A stretch of DNA of 64,000 nucleotides, taken from NCBI GenBank assembly GCA_965203905.1, contig CBDBDQ010000005.1, positions 1,920,001 through 1,984,000 on the forward strand. Direction: 5' to 3'. The notes below the pieces were generated by a model. The model worked only from the letters and a program-made list of their open reading frames with translations. It did not search any database and was not told the DNA's origin. Below, in pieces: positions 48,210-57,707 of this stretch (positions are counted from its first letter, which is position 1; each line of letters opens with the position of its first letter). The stretch is from Spirochaetia bacterium. GTDB lineage: Bacteria > Spirochaetota > Spirochaetia > SZUA-6 > Bin103. Both the position numbers and the translations under genes were made by a program.

Positions 48210-50300
48210 TTAGCATCCCCCATTCATCCTCAACGTCGCGGAGAGGGCCTGCAGTACTCGCTGCGGGGTAAAGGGAGTGTGGCGCAGGCGTACGCCGGCC
48301 GCGGCGAACACGGCGTTGGCGATCGCTGCAGCGGCGGGGCCGTGGACCGCTTCGCCCGCTCCCAGGCTGGGCAACTCGGGCCGGTCCAGCAGGCGCAGCG
48401 TTACCGGGGGAGCTTCGCTGAAGCGCAGCACCGGATAGGAATCCCAGTCGGTGCTGGTAATGCAGCCGCCGTCCCAGCTCACCGCTTCCTTCAGCGTCCA
48501 GCTCGCCGCCTGCAGGAACCCGCCTTCGAGCTGGTTGGCGAGACCGTCGCGATCGATGATGCGGCCGGCGTCGGCGGCGATGGTGGCGTGCTCCAGGTGG
48601 ATGCAACCCTTGCCGGGGTCCACCTCCACGTCGCACACCACGGCGACGTGGCTCTGCAGGTTCTTGTAGCGGGCCAGCGCCACGCCGCGCCCGCGCCGCG
48701 CCCCGCCGCCGGCCGCTGGCGCGGCGGCAACGGCCGCGGTCAAGACCTGGCGCATGCGCTCGTCGTGCAGATGGCGCAGCCGGTACGCCACCGGATCGGC
48801 GCCGGCGCGGACCGCGAGCTCGTCCATGAACGACTCGGTGGCGAGAACGTTGGCGAAGGCTCCCAGGCTGCGCAGTGCCGAAACCCGCACCGGGGACTCG
48901 GGCACGAACCGGGTGACGATGCTCACCTGCGGAAACCGGTACGGCGGCTCCGCATTGCGCTGAGGTCCGGCGGTCAGGCCGCCGCGGTTGCGCGCCGGCG
49001 GCGGCGCCAGCGGCTGGCGCCGGTGCCAGGCGGCGAGCAGCGTGGAGTGGCCCGGCATGCTGCCGGGCCGGGTGCCGTGGGCATGGCTGCGCACCTCGTG
49101 GCGCCAGCGCAGGACGTCGCCGCCCGCGCTCAGATCGGCGGTGCAGGTGACGATCATCGCCGTGCCGAACGGCTCCCACCGGTTCTCGTCCGCGCGCGTC
49201 CACTTGACCAGCACCGGCCGCCCCGGCGCTGCCAGGGCCAGCAGCGCCGCATCCAGCGCCACGTCGTCGGCGCCGTTGTGGCCGTAGCAGCCGGCCCCGT
49301 CGACGTGGATCACGCGGATGCCGGCGGGCGCCCGCTGCAACGCCTCGGCCAACGCGGCGCGCAGCTGGAATGGTCCCTGGGTGTGCGACCAGACGATGAG
49401 GCGACCGCTTGGCTCCAGGCGCGCCGCGGCGGCCGAGGGGCCGAGCGCGGCATGCAGCAGAAACGGACGCGAGTAGGTGGCGCTGACCGTTGCCGCAACG
49501 GTGTCCTGCGGTGCGGCGCCACGCTCCAGGACAGGGTTGGTGTGGGCCGCGGCTCGTGCCAGTGCGGAGCGGCCGTCGGCGGGCGGCAGGTAGTCCGCGG
49601 GGCCGTGCCAGCGAGCGCCCGCGGCCAGCATGTCGCCGGCGGCGATCGCCTGTTCCTCGCGTTCCGCCACCACACCGACGAAGCTGCCGTCGACCACCAC
49701 GGCCAGCACCCCGCGCATGGCGCGGGCCTCGGCGGCCGGCAGCCCGGCCAGTCGCCGGCGGTAGCCGGGAGGACGCAACACGCGGGCGTGCACCATTCCC
49801 GGCAGGCGCAGGTCGTGCACGAAGGTATCGCAGGCGCGCACCAGCGCGGCGACGCGCGCCCGCGGCGCATCGCTGCCCGGGCGCGGTGACGCTGCCCCTG
49901 GGGCACCCGGCTCCAACTCGAGGAGATCCCAGTAGTCGACGGCTGCGCCACCGCCTGCGCGCCGGCGCACGCTGCCGGCGCACAGCTCCAGTGCGCCGAC
50001 CGGAACCTTCAGCCGCGCCGCGGCGCGCCGCAGCAACTCGCCGCGGACGGTGCGGGCGGCGGCGCGTACTGCTGCGCCGGTATGCTCCATCGAGTTGCTG
50101 CCGGCGGTAACGCCGTCGTCCGGGGTCAGATCGGTATCCCCGCACTGTACCCGGATGCGGCTCGATTCCAGCGCCAGCTCGCCGCTGCAGATCAGGGTCA
50201 GGGCGTCACGCAACCCCTGGCCCAGTTCCACCTTGCCGCTGAGCACCGTGAGCGTTCCGTCGTTCTCGAAGCGCAGGCGTCCCGCGATCGCGGTGGTCAT
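48210..50300 (-). CDS. Xanthine dehydrogenase-family molybdopterin subunit (nicotinate dehydrogenase B-like)
   Basis: GKVELGQG, TAGSNS, GAGCYGHNGADD, LRSLGA, ESFMDELA, NQLEGG, GAGE, IANAVF. Confidence 0.9.
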   Translation of the reverse strand: MTTAIAGRLRFENDGTLTVLSGKVELGQGLRDALTLICSGELALESSRIRVQCGDTDLTPDDGVTAGSNSMEHTGAAVRAAARTVRGELLRRAAARLKVPVGALELCAGSVRRRAGGGAAVDYWDLLELEPGAPGAASPRPGSDAPRARVAALVRACDTFVHDLRLPGMVHARVLRPPGYRRRLAGLPAAEARAMRGVLAVVVDGSFVGVVAEREEQAIAAGDMLAAGARWHGPADYLPPADGRSALARAAAHTNPVLERGAAPQDTVAATVSATYSRPFLLHAALGPSAAAARLEPSGRLIVWSHTQGPFQLRAALAEALQRAPAGIRVIHVDGAGCYGHNGADDVALDAALLALAAPGRPVLVKWTRADENRWEPFGTAMIVTCTADLSAGGDVLRWRHEVRSHAHGTRPGSMPGHSTLLAAWHRRQPLAPPPARNRGGLTAGPQRNAEPPYRFPQVSIVTRFVPESPVRVSALRSLGAFANVLATESFMDELAVRAGADPVAYRLRHLHDERMRQVLTAAVAAAPAAGGGARRGRGVALARYKNLQSHVAVVCDVEVDPGKGCIHLEHATIAADAGRIIDRDGLANQLEGGFLQAASWTLKEAVSWDGGCITSTDWDSYPVLRFSEAPPVTLRLLDRPELPSLGAGEAVHGPAAAAIANAVFAAAGVRLRHTPFTPQRVLQALSATLRMNGGC

Positions 50301-50331
50301 GGCGCCGGTCGGTCCGTCACCGCGTCACGGG

Positions 50332-50787
50332 TCACCGCTGCGCGGCGGCGCGCCGGACGGCATCGAGCATGCGATTGTGCGCCCCGCAGCGGCAGATGTT
50401 GCGGTCGAGGGCGGCCTGGATCTGGCTCCGCGTCGGCGCCGGGTTGCGTGCCAGCAAGGCCGCGGCGGCGATCATCACGCCGCTCGCACAGTACCCGCAC
50501 TGCACCGCGTTGGCGTCGATGAACGCCTGCTGAATGGGGTGCAGGGCGCCGCCCGGAGCCAGCCCCTCCACGGTGACGATCTCGCTGCCGGCCACGGTGC
50601 CGGCCGGCATCCGGCAGGTGGGCGTGGGGCTGCCGTCGATCAGCACCATGCACGACCCGCACTGCTCCATCCCGCAGCCGTACTTCGGGCTGGCCAGCCG
50701 CAGGTCGTTGCGCAGCACCAGCAGCAGCGGCGTGTCCGGCGCCGCGGGCACGCGGTGCGTCGTGCCGTTGACGCGCAGGGTAGTCAT
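50332..50787 (-). CDS. (2Fe-2S)-binding subunit
   Basis: KYGCGMEQCGSC, QCGYC, NICRCG. Confidence 0.93.
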   Translation of the reverse strand: MTTLRVNGTTHRVPAAPDTPLLLVLRNDLRLASPKYGCGMEQCGSCMVLIDGSPTPTCRMPAGTVAGSEIVTVEGLAPGGALHPIQQAFIDANAVQCGYCASGVMIAAAALLARNPAPTRSQIQAALDRNICRCGAHNRMLDAVRRAAAQR

Positions 50788-50906
50788 CGCTGCTCCGCGC
50801 GGCCGGCGGGCGCCGGGTAACACACTCGTGAGTCCTCCACACCCGCGGTCATATCACGCTGCCGGCCGCGGGTCCAACGGGCAGCGACGGGCAGCGGCGG
50901 TTGCGG

Positions 50907-51200
50907 TTACCGGCGCCGGCGTGGCCGCCGGACAGCCTCCGGGTGGACGCAGCCGCCGTGCTGGTAGTAGCGGCAGTCGGCGTAGTAGCAGACCGGCCGC
51001 CGCACCACCGGACACTGGGCCGGGATCGCGGTGGGCTCGGCGATATCGCCCGCGACGGTCTGTCGCGAGCGGTTCGGCCGCGCCGGTGCGCCGGGGCTTG
51101 GGCTCGGCGGCGGAGCTGCCGCCGGGCGTTGTGGGGCCGCCGGCTCCTCGAACGGGAGCTCAAACTGCTCAGCCACGGCGCGCGATCCCGCGCCGGACAA
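50907..51200 (-). CDS. Small Cys-rich hypothetical protein
   Basis: QFELPF, Pro-rich linker, CPVVRRPVCYYADCRYYQHGGCVHP; same orientation as neighbours. Confidence 0.4.
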   Translation of the reverse strand: MSGAGSRAVAEQFELPFEEPAAPQRPAAAPPPSPSPGAPARPNRSRQTVAGDIAEPTAIPAQCPVVRRPVCYYADCRYYQHGGCVHPEAVRRPRRRR

Positions 51201-51290
51201 CGCCGCTTTGCAGCAGCGCGAGCCTGCGGTGTCCGGTCCGCGTCGATGCCGGCAGCCTTCGACGTTGCAAAAACGGGTGCATCTTTGCGG

Positions 51291-52946
51291 CTACCGGTGG
51301 TCGGCGACCTCGGCCTTGGTGGCCGCGATCACCTTGTCCACGTCTTTCTTGTCCATGCGGGTGATCAGGGAGCGGAACTTGCCGATCGGGTGGTCGAGCA
51401 GCGGCGTGGCGGCGTCGGCCCAGGTCAGCGCGCCGGCGTTCAGGAACGTCTCCGCGCGGGTGGCCATGGCGGGCAGGATCGGCTTCAGGTAGACCATCAG
51501 CGCGCGGAAGGCGTTGATCGCGAGCGAGCAGACGCCGTGCACCTCGTCGCGGCGCGCGGGGTTCTTGGCGTGCTTCCACGGCTCGCGGTCGGCGATGTAG
51601 GAGTTGGTGCGGTCGGCCAGGGCGGTGATCTCGCGCACTGCCCGGCTTACGTCGCCGCGTTCGTACAGCTCGCCGATGCGTTTTCCGGCACCGGAGACCG
51701 CGCCCCACAGCTCGGGGTCGTGAGACGTCGCCGCCAGGCGCCCATCGAATTGCTTGCGGATGAAGCCCGAGCAGCGTGAGGCGATGTTGACCACCTTGCC
51801 CACCAGGTCGGAGTTCACCCGCTGCACGAAGTCGTCCAGGTTGACGTCGACGTCGTCGGTGTTGGGCACCAGCTTGGTGGCGAAGTAGTAGCGCAGGTAC
51901 TCGGGGTCGAGGTGGTCGAGATAGGTGGCGGCGTTGATGAAGGTGCCGCGCGACTTGGACATGCGGGTGCCGCCCACGGTGATGAAGCCGTGGGTGTGCA
52001 CCCTGGTCGGGGTGCGGAAACCGGCGCCGGACAGCACCGAGGGCCAGAACAGCGCGTGGAAGTTGACGATGTCCTTGCCGATGAAGTGGCGCACCTCGGC
52101 GCTGCTGTCAGGCCTCCAGAAGTCTTCGAAGGAGAGCCCCTCGGTACGGTCGCACAGGTTGCGGAAGCTGGCCAGGTAGCCGATCGGGGCGTCCATCCAG
52201 ACGTAGAAGTACTTGCCCTCGGTCTCCGGGATGCGGAACCCGAAGTAGGGGGCGTCGCGGCTGATGTCCCACGGCTTGAGCCCGGCGTCGAGCCACTCGG
52301 CGAGCTTGTTGGTGACCTCCGGCTGCACGGCGTCGCTGGCGGTCCACCGCTTCAGGTAGTCGCTGAACTGCGGCAGGTCGAAGAAGTAGTGCAGCGACGC
52401 CCGGCGCTCCGGCGTGGCGTCGGACAGCAGCGATCGCGGCGCGCCCAGCTCGGTGGCGTCGTAGGTGGCGCCGCAGGCGTCGCAGTTGTCGCCCGGCTGT
52501 TCGGCGGCGCCACACCGCGGGCAGGTGCCGCGCACGTGCCGGTCGGCCAGGAACAGTCCGCGCTCCGGGTCGTAGAGCTGCTCCACCTCGGCGGTGAAGG
52601 TGAGCCCCCTGGCGGCGAGGCGACGGTAGATAAGGGTCGCGAAATGCTCGTTCTCCGGCGAGTGGGTGCTGTAGTAGTTGTCGTGGCTGATGTGGAAGCG
52701 CCGGAAATCGTCGGCGTGGGCGGCGCGCAGCGGTTCGATCAGCTCCTCCGGCGTCGTCCCGCTGCGCTCCGCGAGCAGCATGGTGGCGGTGCCGTGGGCG
52801 TCGTCGGCGCACACGTAGATGCACTCGTTGCCGGCCATGCGCTGGTAGCGCACCCAGATGTCGGTCTGGATGTGCTCGAACAGGTGGCCGAGATGGACGG
52901 CGCCGTTGGCATAGGGCAGCGCGCTGGTAACGAGGATCCTGCGCAT
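51291..52946 (-). CDS. metG: Methionine--tRNA ligase (no C-terminal tRNA-binding domain)
   Basis: ILVTSALPYANG..HLGH, CADDAHGT, two CxxC knuckles, WDISRDAPYFGF, YVWMDAPIGY, GKDI, RMSKSRG. Confidence 0.97.
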   Translation of the reverse strand: MRRILVTSALPYANGAVHLGHLFEHIQTDIWVRYQRMAGNECIYVCADDAHGTATMLLAERSGTTPEELIEPLRAAHADDFRRFHISHDNYYSTHSPENEHFATLIYRRLAARGLTFTAEVEQLYDPERGLFLADRHVRGTCPRCGAAEQPGDNCDACGATYDATELGAPRSLLSDATPERRASLHYFFDLPQFSDYLKRWTASDAVQPEVTNKLAEWLDAGLKPWDISRDAPYFGFRIPETEGKYFYVWMDAPIGYLASFRNLCDRTEGLSFEDFWRPDSSAEVRHFIGKDIVNFHALFWPSVLSGAGFRTPTRVHTHGFITVGGTRMSKSRGTFINAATYLDHLDPEYLRYYFATKLVPNTDDVDVNLDDFVQRVNSDLVGKVVNIASRCSGFIRKQFDGRLAATSHDPELWGAVSGAGKRIGELYERGDVSRAVREITALADRTNSYIADREPWKHAKNPARRDEVHGVCSLAINAFRALMVYLKPILPAMATRAETFLNAGALTWADAATPLLDHPIGKFRSLITRMDKKDVDKVIAATKAEVADHR

Positions 52947-53071
52947 GGTACGGGCAGCATAGTGGAGCCCTGTGGGCAACAGGAAGCCATGCGGCGTCGG
53001 TACTGATCTCGTAGCTTCGTGGTACGCTGGACCGGCACCGCGGATCCGGGTCCGGGTGCGACCGCAGGCAG

Positions 53072-53494
53072 GTGCAATTGAACGCAGAAACAGGTCACCT
53101 CGAGAATGGCAATCGGGCTTGCTCGACGGAGAGCTTTGCGCAACTGGTGGAGGCGGCGCGCGCGGTGTTTGCTCGCTGTCCATGGACCACGACCCGCACC
53201 GTGGAACAGTACGCCGGCGAACTCCGCGCGGAGGCTGACGAGGTGGTGCTCGCGATCGCCAACCGTGATACCGCGAATCTCCGCGAGGAGCTCGGAGATC
53301 TGCTATGGGACGTCATCGTCTGTGTATTCATCGCGGAACGCGGCGGCTGGTTCGAGCTGCACGAGGTGATGGACCAGGTGGTGGCCAAGATGCGGCGGCG
53401 CAAGCCGTTCGTGTTCGACGGCACCGAGGTCACCGAGGAGGAGGCGAAGCGGATATGGGCAGCAGCCAAGGCACGCGAGAAGCAGGCGCGGTGA
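53072..53494 (+). CDS. mazG: MazG-like nucleotide pyrophosphohydrolase (single domain)
   Basis: CPW, EADE, NLREELGDLL, KMRRRKPFVF. Confidence 0.85.
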   Translation: MQLNAETGHLENGNRACSTESFAQLVEAARAVFARCPWTTTRTVEQYAGELRAEADEVVLAIANRDTANLREELGDLLWDVIVCVFIAERGGWFELHEVMDQVVAKMRRRKPFVFDGTEVTEEEAKRIWAAAKAREKQAR

Positions 53495-55107
53495 GCTACA
53501 ACGGGATCGCGCAGCCCGCGGAATGGCCCCCGCGGGGGTTGTCGCGCACCTCCCGGGAGCCGGGGCCGGTGCCCTGGCTGGAGCAGCCGCCGGCGGTGAT
53601 CCCCATCGACGTGGGGCGGCAGCTCCTGGTGGACGAATTCCTGATCGCGGAGAGCTCGCTGCGGCGCGAGTTCCATACCCCGGTGCTGCACGAGGCGAGC
53701 CCCGTGCTGGTGCCTGAGACTCCGTTGGAGATGAACTTCGGGCTGTGCCCGGTGGCTTGTCCATTCAAGGACGGCGCCTTCTACGACCCCGCCGACGGCC
53801 TGTTCAAGTTGTGGTACCACGCCGGCTGGTTCGACGGCACGGCGCTGGCCACCAGCCGCGACGGGGTGCACTGGGATCGGCCCGAGCTGGACGTGGAGCC
53901 GGGCACCAACCGGGTGTTGCCGCTGCGGCCGCAGTACCAGCGCGACGGCGTCGGCGTGTGGCTCGACCAGGAGACCGACCGCGCCGACGAACGCTTCAAG
54001 ATGTTCGCCTACCACCGCCAGCGCGGCGCCGCGTACCGCTACGGCCGCGATCTGGGGGGGCCCGACACTCCCAACGACTGGACCGGAGGCCATGTCTATT
54101 CATCCCCGGACGGCATCCATTGGACCGAGCGCGCCGCCACCGGACGCTGCGGCGACAACACCACCATCTTCTACAACCCGTTCCGCAAACGCTGGGTGTA
54201 CAGCATCCGCCACAGCCACCCGGCGGTGGGCCGCCAGCGCGGCTACCGCGAGCACGCCGACCTGTTCGCCGGCGCCGCCTGGGAGTTGGAGGATATCGCC
54301 CACTGGTCAGGCCCCGACGAGCTCGATCCGCCCGCACCGGGACTCGACCACCGGGCCCAGCTCTACAACATCGACGCGGTTGGCTACGAGAGCATCCTGC
54401 TGGGGTTCTTCATGATTCACCGCGGGCCGCCGAACGAGATCTGCGACGCCGGCGGCTTCCCCAAGATCACCGAGCTGCTGGTGGGCTACAGCCGCGACGG
54501 CTTCCACTTCGACCGCCGCGACCGCACGCCGATCGTCGCCGGCACCCACCGGCCCGGCGACTGGAACCGCGACTACATCCACTCCTGCGGCGGCTGCTGC
54601 CTGATCGTGGGCGACCAGCTCTACCTCTACTTCGGGGCCTTCTCCGGCGTGTCGCCCAAGCTTGGCGCCCACATGTACGCCGGCGGCAGCACCGGCCTGG
54701 CGACCCTGCGCCGCGACGGCTTCGTGTCCCACGCGGCCGGCGCCGAGGGGGGCATGCTGACCACCCGGCCGCTGCGCTTCGGCGGCAGCCACCTGTTCGT
54801 GAACGCCGCCGCCGCGGGCGGGGAGCTGCGCGTGGAGGTGCTGGACGCCGCCGGCAAGCCCATCGAGCGCCGCTCCCGCGACCGCTGCGTGCCGGTGACC
54901 GGCGACGCCACGCAGCAGGCGGTGACCTGGGGCAACGGCGGCGGCCTCGCCGCGCTCGCGGGGCGGCCGGTGCGGCTGCGCTTCCACCTGCGCGACGCGG
55001 CGCTGTACTCGTTCTGGGTCAGCCCCGACCGCTCCGGCGCCAGCCACGGCTACGTGGCCGCGGGAGGCCCCGGCTTCACCGGCCCCACCGACACGGTCGG
55101 CCAGTAA
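53491..55107 (+). CDS. Beta-propeller glycoside hydrolase-like protein (GH32/43 clan)
   Basis: Repeated S.DG.HW boxes; RQLLVDE; GLATLRRDGFVS; C-terminal beta-sandwich. Confidence 0.75.
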   Translation: MSYNGIAQPAEWPPRGLSRTSREPGPVPWLEQPPAVIPIDVGRQLLVDEFLIAESSLRREFHTPVLHEASPVLVPETPLEMNFGLCPVACPFKDGAFYDPADGLFKLWYHAGWFDGTALATSRDGVHWDRPELDVEPGTNRVLPLRPQYQRDGVGVWLDQETDRADERFKMFAYHRQRGAAYRYGRDLGGPDTPNDWTGGHVYSSPDGIHWTERAATGRCGDNTTIFYNPFRKRWVYSIRHSHPAVGRQRGYREHADLFAGAAWELEDIAHWSGPDELDPPAPGLDHRAQLYNIDAVGYESILLGFFMIHRGPPNEICDAGGFPKITELLVGYSRDGFHFDRRDRTPIVAGTHRPGDWNRDYIHSCGGCCLIVGDQLYLYFGAFSGVSPKLGAHMYAGGSTGLATLRRDGFVSHAAGAEGGMLTTRPLRFGGSHLFVNAAAAGGELRVEVLDAAGKPIERRSRDRCVPVTGDATQQAVTWGNGGGLAALAGRPVRLRFHLRDAALYSFWVSPDRSGASHGYVAAGGPGFTGPTDTVGQ

Positions 55108-55182
55108 GCACCGGCTGGCAACTGCGTCCGTGCGGCGCGACCGGCGCCGATGCAGGTAGCCGAATCCACACGAAGGACGCAC

Positions 55183-55252
55183 GCCAAGCGTCCGACTCAC
55201 TCGCTGGGTGCATGCGTGCCAAGCATCCGACTCACTCGCCGGGTGCATGCCT
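55183..55252. repeat. 35-bp tandem repeat x2
   Basis: GCCAAGCGTCCGACTCACTCGCTGGGTGCATGCGT / GCCAAGCATCCGACTCACTCGCCGGGTGCATGCCT. Confidence 0.85.
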
Positions 55253-55396
55253 GTTCTGTGGCGGGGCACGAGGAGCGCAGCCGGTACCGGCAAGAAGCCG
55301 GCTCGCGGTCACCGTCCATCCCTGGCAGAGTGCACCCTGCACCACTCCCCGTACGACACCAAGCGCACTCGCCGCAGTCGCCGCGCGACCGGCCGC

Positions 55397-57031
55397 TCAC
55401 CTGGCCCCCGCGCGTCCCGAGCCACCCTCCGTATGGCGGTAGCGATGATGGGCTCGACAGCGGAGGCGCAAGTTGCCGGGCTCCGCACCGCCGCCGAGGG
55501 CGAAGGGAACGATGTGGTCGAGCTCCAGCAGGAAGCGGGAGCCGCAGCGCCGCCCGCTGTGCGGATCGACGTAACTGCAGCAACCACCGTCGCGCCGCCA
55601 CACCTCGCGCCGTACTGGTGCCGGAATGTAGCGGGATCGGCGCGCCCGGTGGGGCGGCTGCGCGCTGCCTGCGGAGGGGCCGGCTGGCGCCGCCTGCGGC
55701 CGCGAACGGCCATCGAGGTGCGCCCCTGCCGGCTTTGCCGCCCCTGCGAGCTGCGCCCCTGCGAGCTGCGCCCCTGCCCGCTGCGCCACCCCTGCCCGCT
55801 TCGCTGGCGAAGGCGCGTGGCGACCGCGATCCACCGCTGCCGTCGCGGTCGGCCTGCTCTGGTCTGCCGGCGGCGTCGGTACGGTGGCGTGGGCCCCACG
55901 ATCGGCCACCAACTTCGGCGCCGAAGGAGCGGTGCCGGGCGCTGCCGCCGCTGGCTTGGCACGCACCGCGGTGCTGCCGCCGCAAGTCTCGCGCCCCGCC
56001 GACGGCGCGGACAGCGTGGCCACCGCCGAGGTGTCGGCACGGCCAATCCCGCACGCGGGTTCCTCTACGGACAGCGCTTTCGGCGCCGGGGTGCTGCCAC
56101 CGGCGCTCGTGCCCGCCGGCGTCGGCGGCACACCGGGTTGCTCTTGCACGCCCCGCCTCGCCGGCGAAGTCGCCCCGCCTGCCGGCCCTTCCTGCGCCGT
56201 CGGCTCCGGCGCCTGGCCCGCGCTTGCCTCCCGGCGCCTACCTCTGCGCCCGCGCGGCGGCCGCCCCGGGTCGTAGCGCTGCAGGCCATCCTGGACCAGC
56301 CGCTCCACGAGCTGCCCCAGCGTCAGGTGCGGGTCCACGTGCGACAGCAGTGCCCGCAGCTGCTCGAGCCCGCACTGACAGGCAGAGTCGATCTCCACCT
56401 TCAACTCCCAGCGGTCCTCGCCCAGCGCCCGCATGCGATCAGCAGGGCGCGCCAGCTCGGGAGCCACCCCGGCCAACAACTGCTTCACCTCGCGGGTGCT
56501 CTTGCCGCTCGCCTGCGCCACCAGCTCCTGCCGCTGCGCCGCGTCCAGCGCCGGCACCGGCTGCGCTGGCGCCGCTGCCGCGGCCCCCGAAGCCCCCGCC
56601 TCCGGCGGCGTCCCCGTGCCGCCCGGCAGCAGCTCCGGTGCCGCGGGTGCGGAGCCGGAGTCCACGGCGGTGGTGGCTGTGCGCTGCAGGAGATCGAAGG
56701 TGTTCTGCAACTGCGCCGCCGCGCTCAGGGAGAGCGAGCCGTCCTGCAGCCGTTCGCGTGATCCGGCGGTCTCGGAGCACAGGCGCATGGCTTTGATACG
56801 GCGCCAGGCGGCACCTTCGCTGTAGCCCAGCTCGCGGACGGCGTAGTCGAACAGGCTGGAGAAGCCGAGGCGCAGGTGGAGGTGGCGGGCGTGGATCTCG
56901 CGCAGGTGGTCGAGGACGGCGAGTTGCAGCGCCTGCTCGTGCAGGACGAGGGACCTGGTATGCGCCAGCAGCACCTGGTCGGGGAGCCAGGACAGCGAGG
57001 AGGAGAAGCTGGTGGCGGTCGCGGCAGGCAT
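55397..57031 (-). CDS. HNH endonuclease (DUF222/13E12-like architecture), intact
   Basis: N-term LLAHTRSLV..E......LDHLREI..R.LHL.LGFSSLFDYAV.ELGYSE; low-complexity linker; C-terminal Cys/HNH motif. Confidence 0.88.
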   Translation of the reverse strand: MPAATATSFSSSLSWLPDQVLLAHTRSLVLHEQALQLAVLDHLREIHARHLHLRLGFSSLFDYAVRELGYSEGAAWRRIKAMRLCSETAGSRERLQDGSLSLSAAAQLQNTFDLLQRTATTAVDSGSAPAAPELLPGGTGTPPEAGASGAAAAAPAQPVPALDAAQRQELVAQASGKSTREVKQLLAGVAPELARPADRMRALGEDRWELKVEIDSACQCGLEQLRALLSHVDPHLTLGQLVERLVQDGLQRYDPGRPPRGRRGRRREASAGQAPEPTAQEGPAGGATSPARRGVQEQPGVPPTPAGTSAGGSTPAPKALSVEEPACGIGRADTSAVATLSAPSAGRETCGGSTAVRAKPAAAAPGTAPSAPKLVADRGAHATVPTPPADQSRPTATAAVDRGRHAPSPAKRAGVAQRAGAQLAGAQLAGAAKPAGAHLDGRSRPQAAPAGPSAGSAQPPHRARRSRYIPAPVRREVWRRDGGCCSYVDPHSGRRCGSRFLLELDHIVPFALGGGAEPGNLRLRCRAHHRYRHTEGGSGRAGAR

Positions 57032-57562
57032 GGCGTAAATATAATCATGGTTGAGAAATGACCGGTTGCGGCAAGTCCCGGGACGGGCACCGGGAAGGGC
57101 TCAGGCCGGCGCTGGCGGGGTGCTGGAGGGCCTGGAGGGCGTGGCGGGATATTCCAAGGGTCGGAGGGGCCCGAACGTGCGGCAGGGGGCCGCTATGAGC
57201 AGCGCCAAACCCGTCAAGTGCTCAGCGCACTTTTTTGGCTTTTTTTTTGGCAGAATCCTGCAACGTGGAGCCGACGTGGCAGCAGTGCACCGGCGGAGAA
57301 TGGCGTTGCGGGTGGGCGGCGACACGCTCATTCCTGGACACATAGTACAGCGAACGAACCACGCACCCTGCAGGTGGCGATCTGGCAGGGACCACGCCGG
57401 GGCCATCACCGCCGCTCGGCCACACACGTGATGCAGACGTTTCGTTCAGCATGGGATGGACCTGACTCTCTCGGACTCGCTCTCTCTCGGTGGACGGCGT
57501 GGGGCGCCGTGGGCGGCGCATGGGCGGCGTGCGGCGTGGCGGCGTGGCGGCGTGTGGGCGTG

Positions 57563-57609
57563 TTGACAGTGTTGACAGTGTTGACAGGGTGGGGGCGCGT
57601 CCTTACATT
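57563..57609 (+). promoter_or_regulatory. tRNA promoter with triplicated -35 box
   Basis: TTGACA at 57563, 57572, 57581; the last is 17 bp from TACATT (57604-57609). Confidence 0.75.
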
Positions 57610-57623
57610 CTGAGGCTCATCCT

Positions 57624-57707
57624 GCCCGGATGGTGAAATTGGTAGACACGCTAGGTTCAGGGTCTAGTGGCCTTACGGCTGTGGAGGTTCGAGTCCTCTT
57701 CCGGGCA
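57624..57707 (+). tRNA. tRNA-Leu(CAG), CCA not encoded
   Basis: GCCCGGA/TCCGGGC acceptor, TGGTGAAATTGGTAGACA D arm, CTAGG-TTCAGGG-TCTAG anticodon arm, long variable arm, GGAGG-TTCGAGT-CCTCT T arm. Confidence 0.97.

Noticed and set aside
55183-55252. Possible CRISPR repeats (35 bp)
   Set aside because: Directly adjacent with no spacer; only two units
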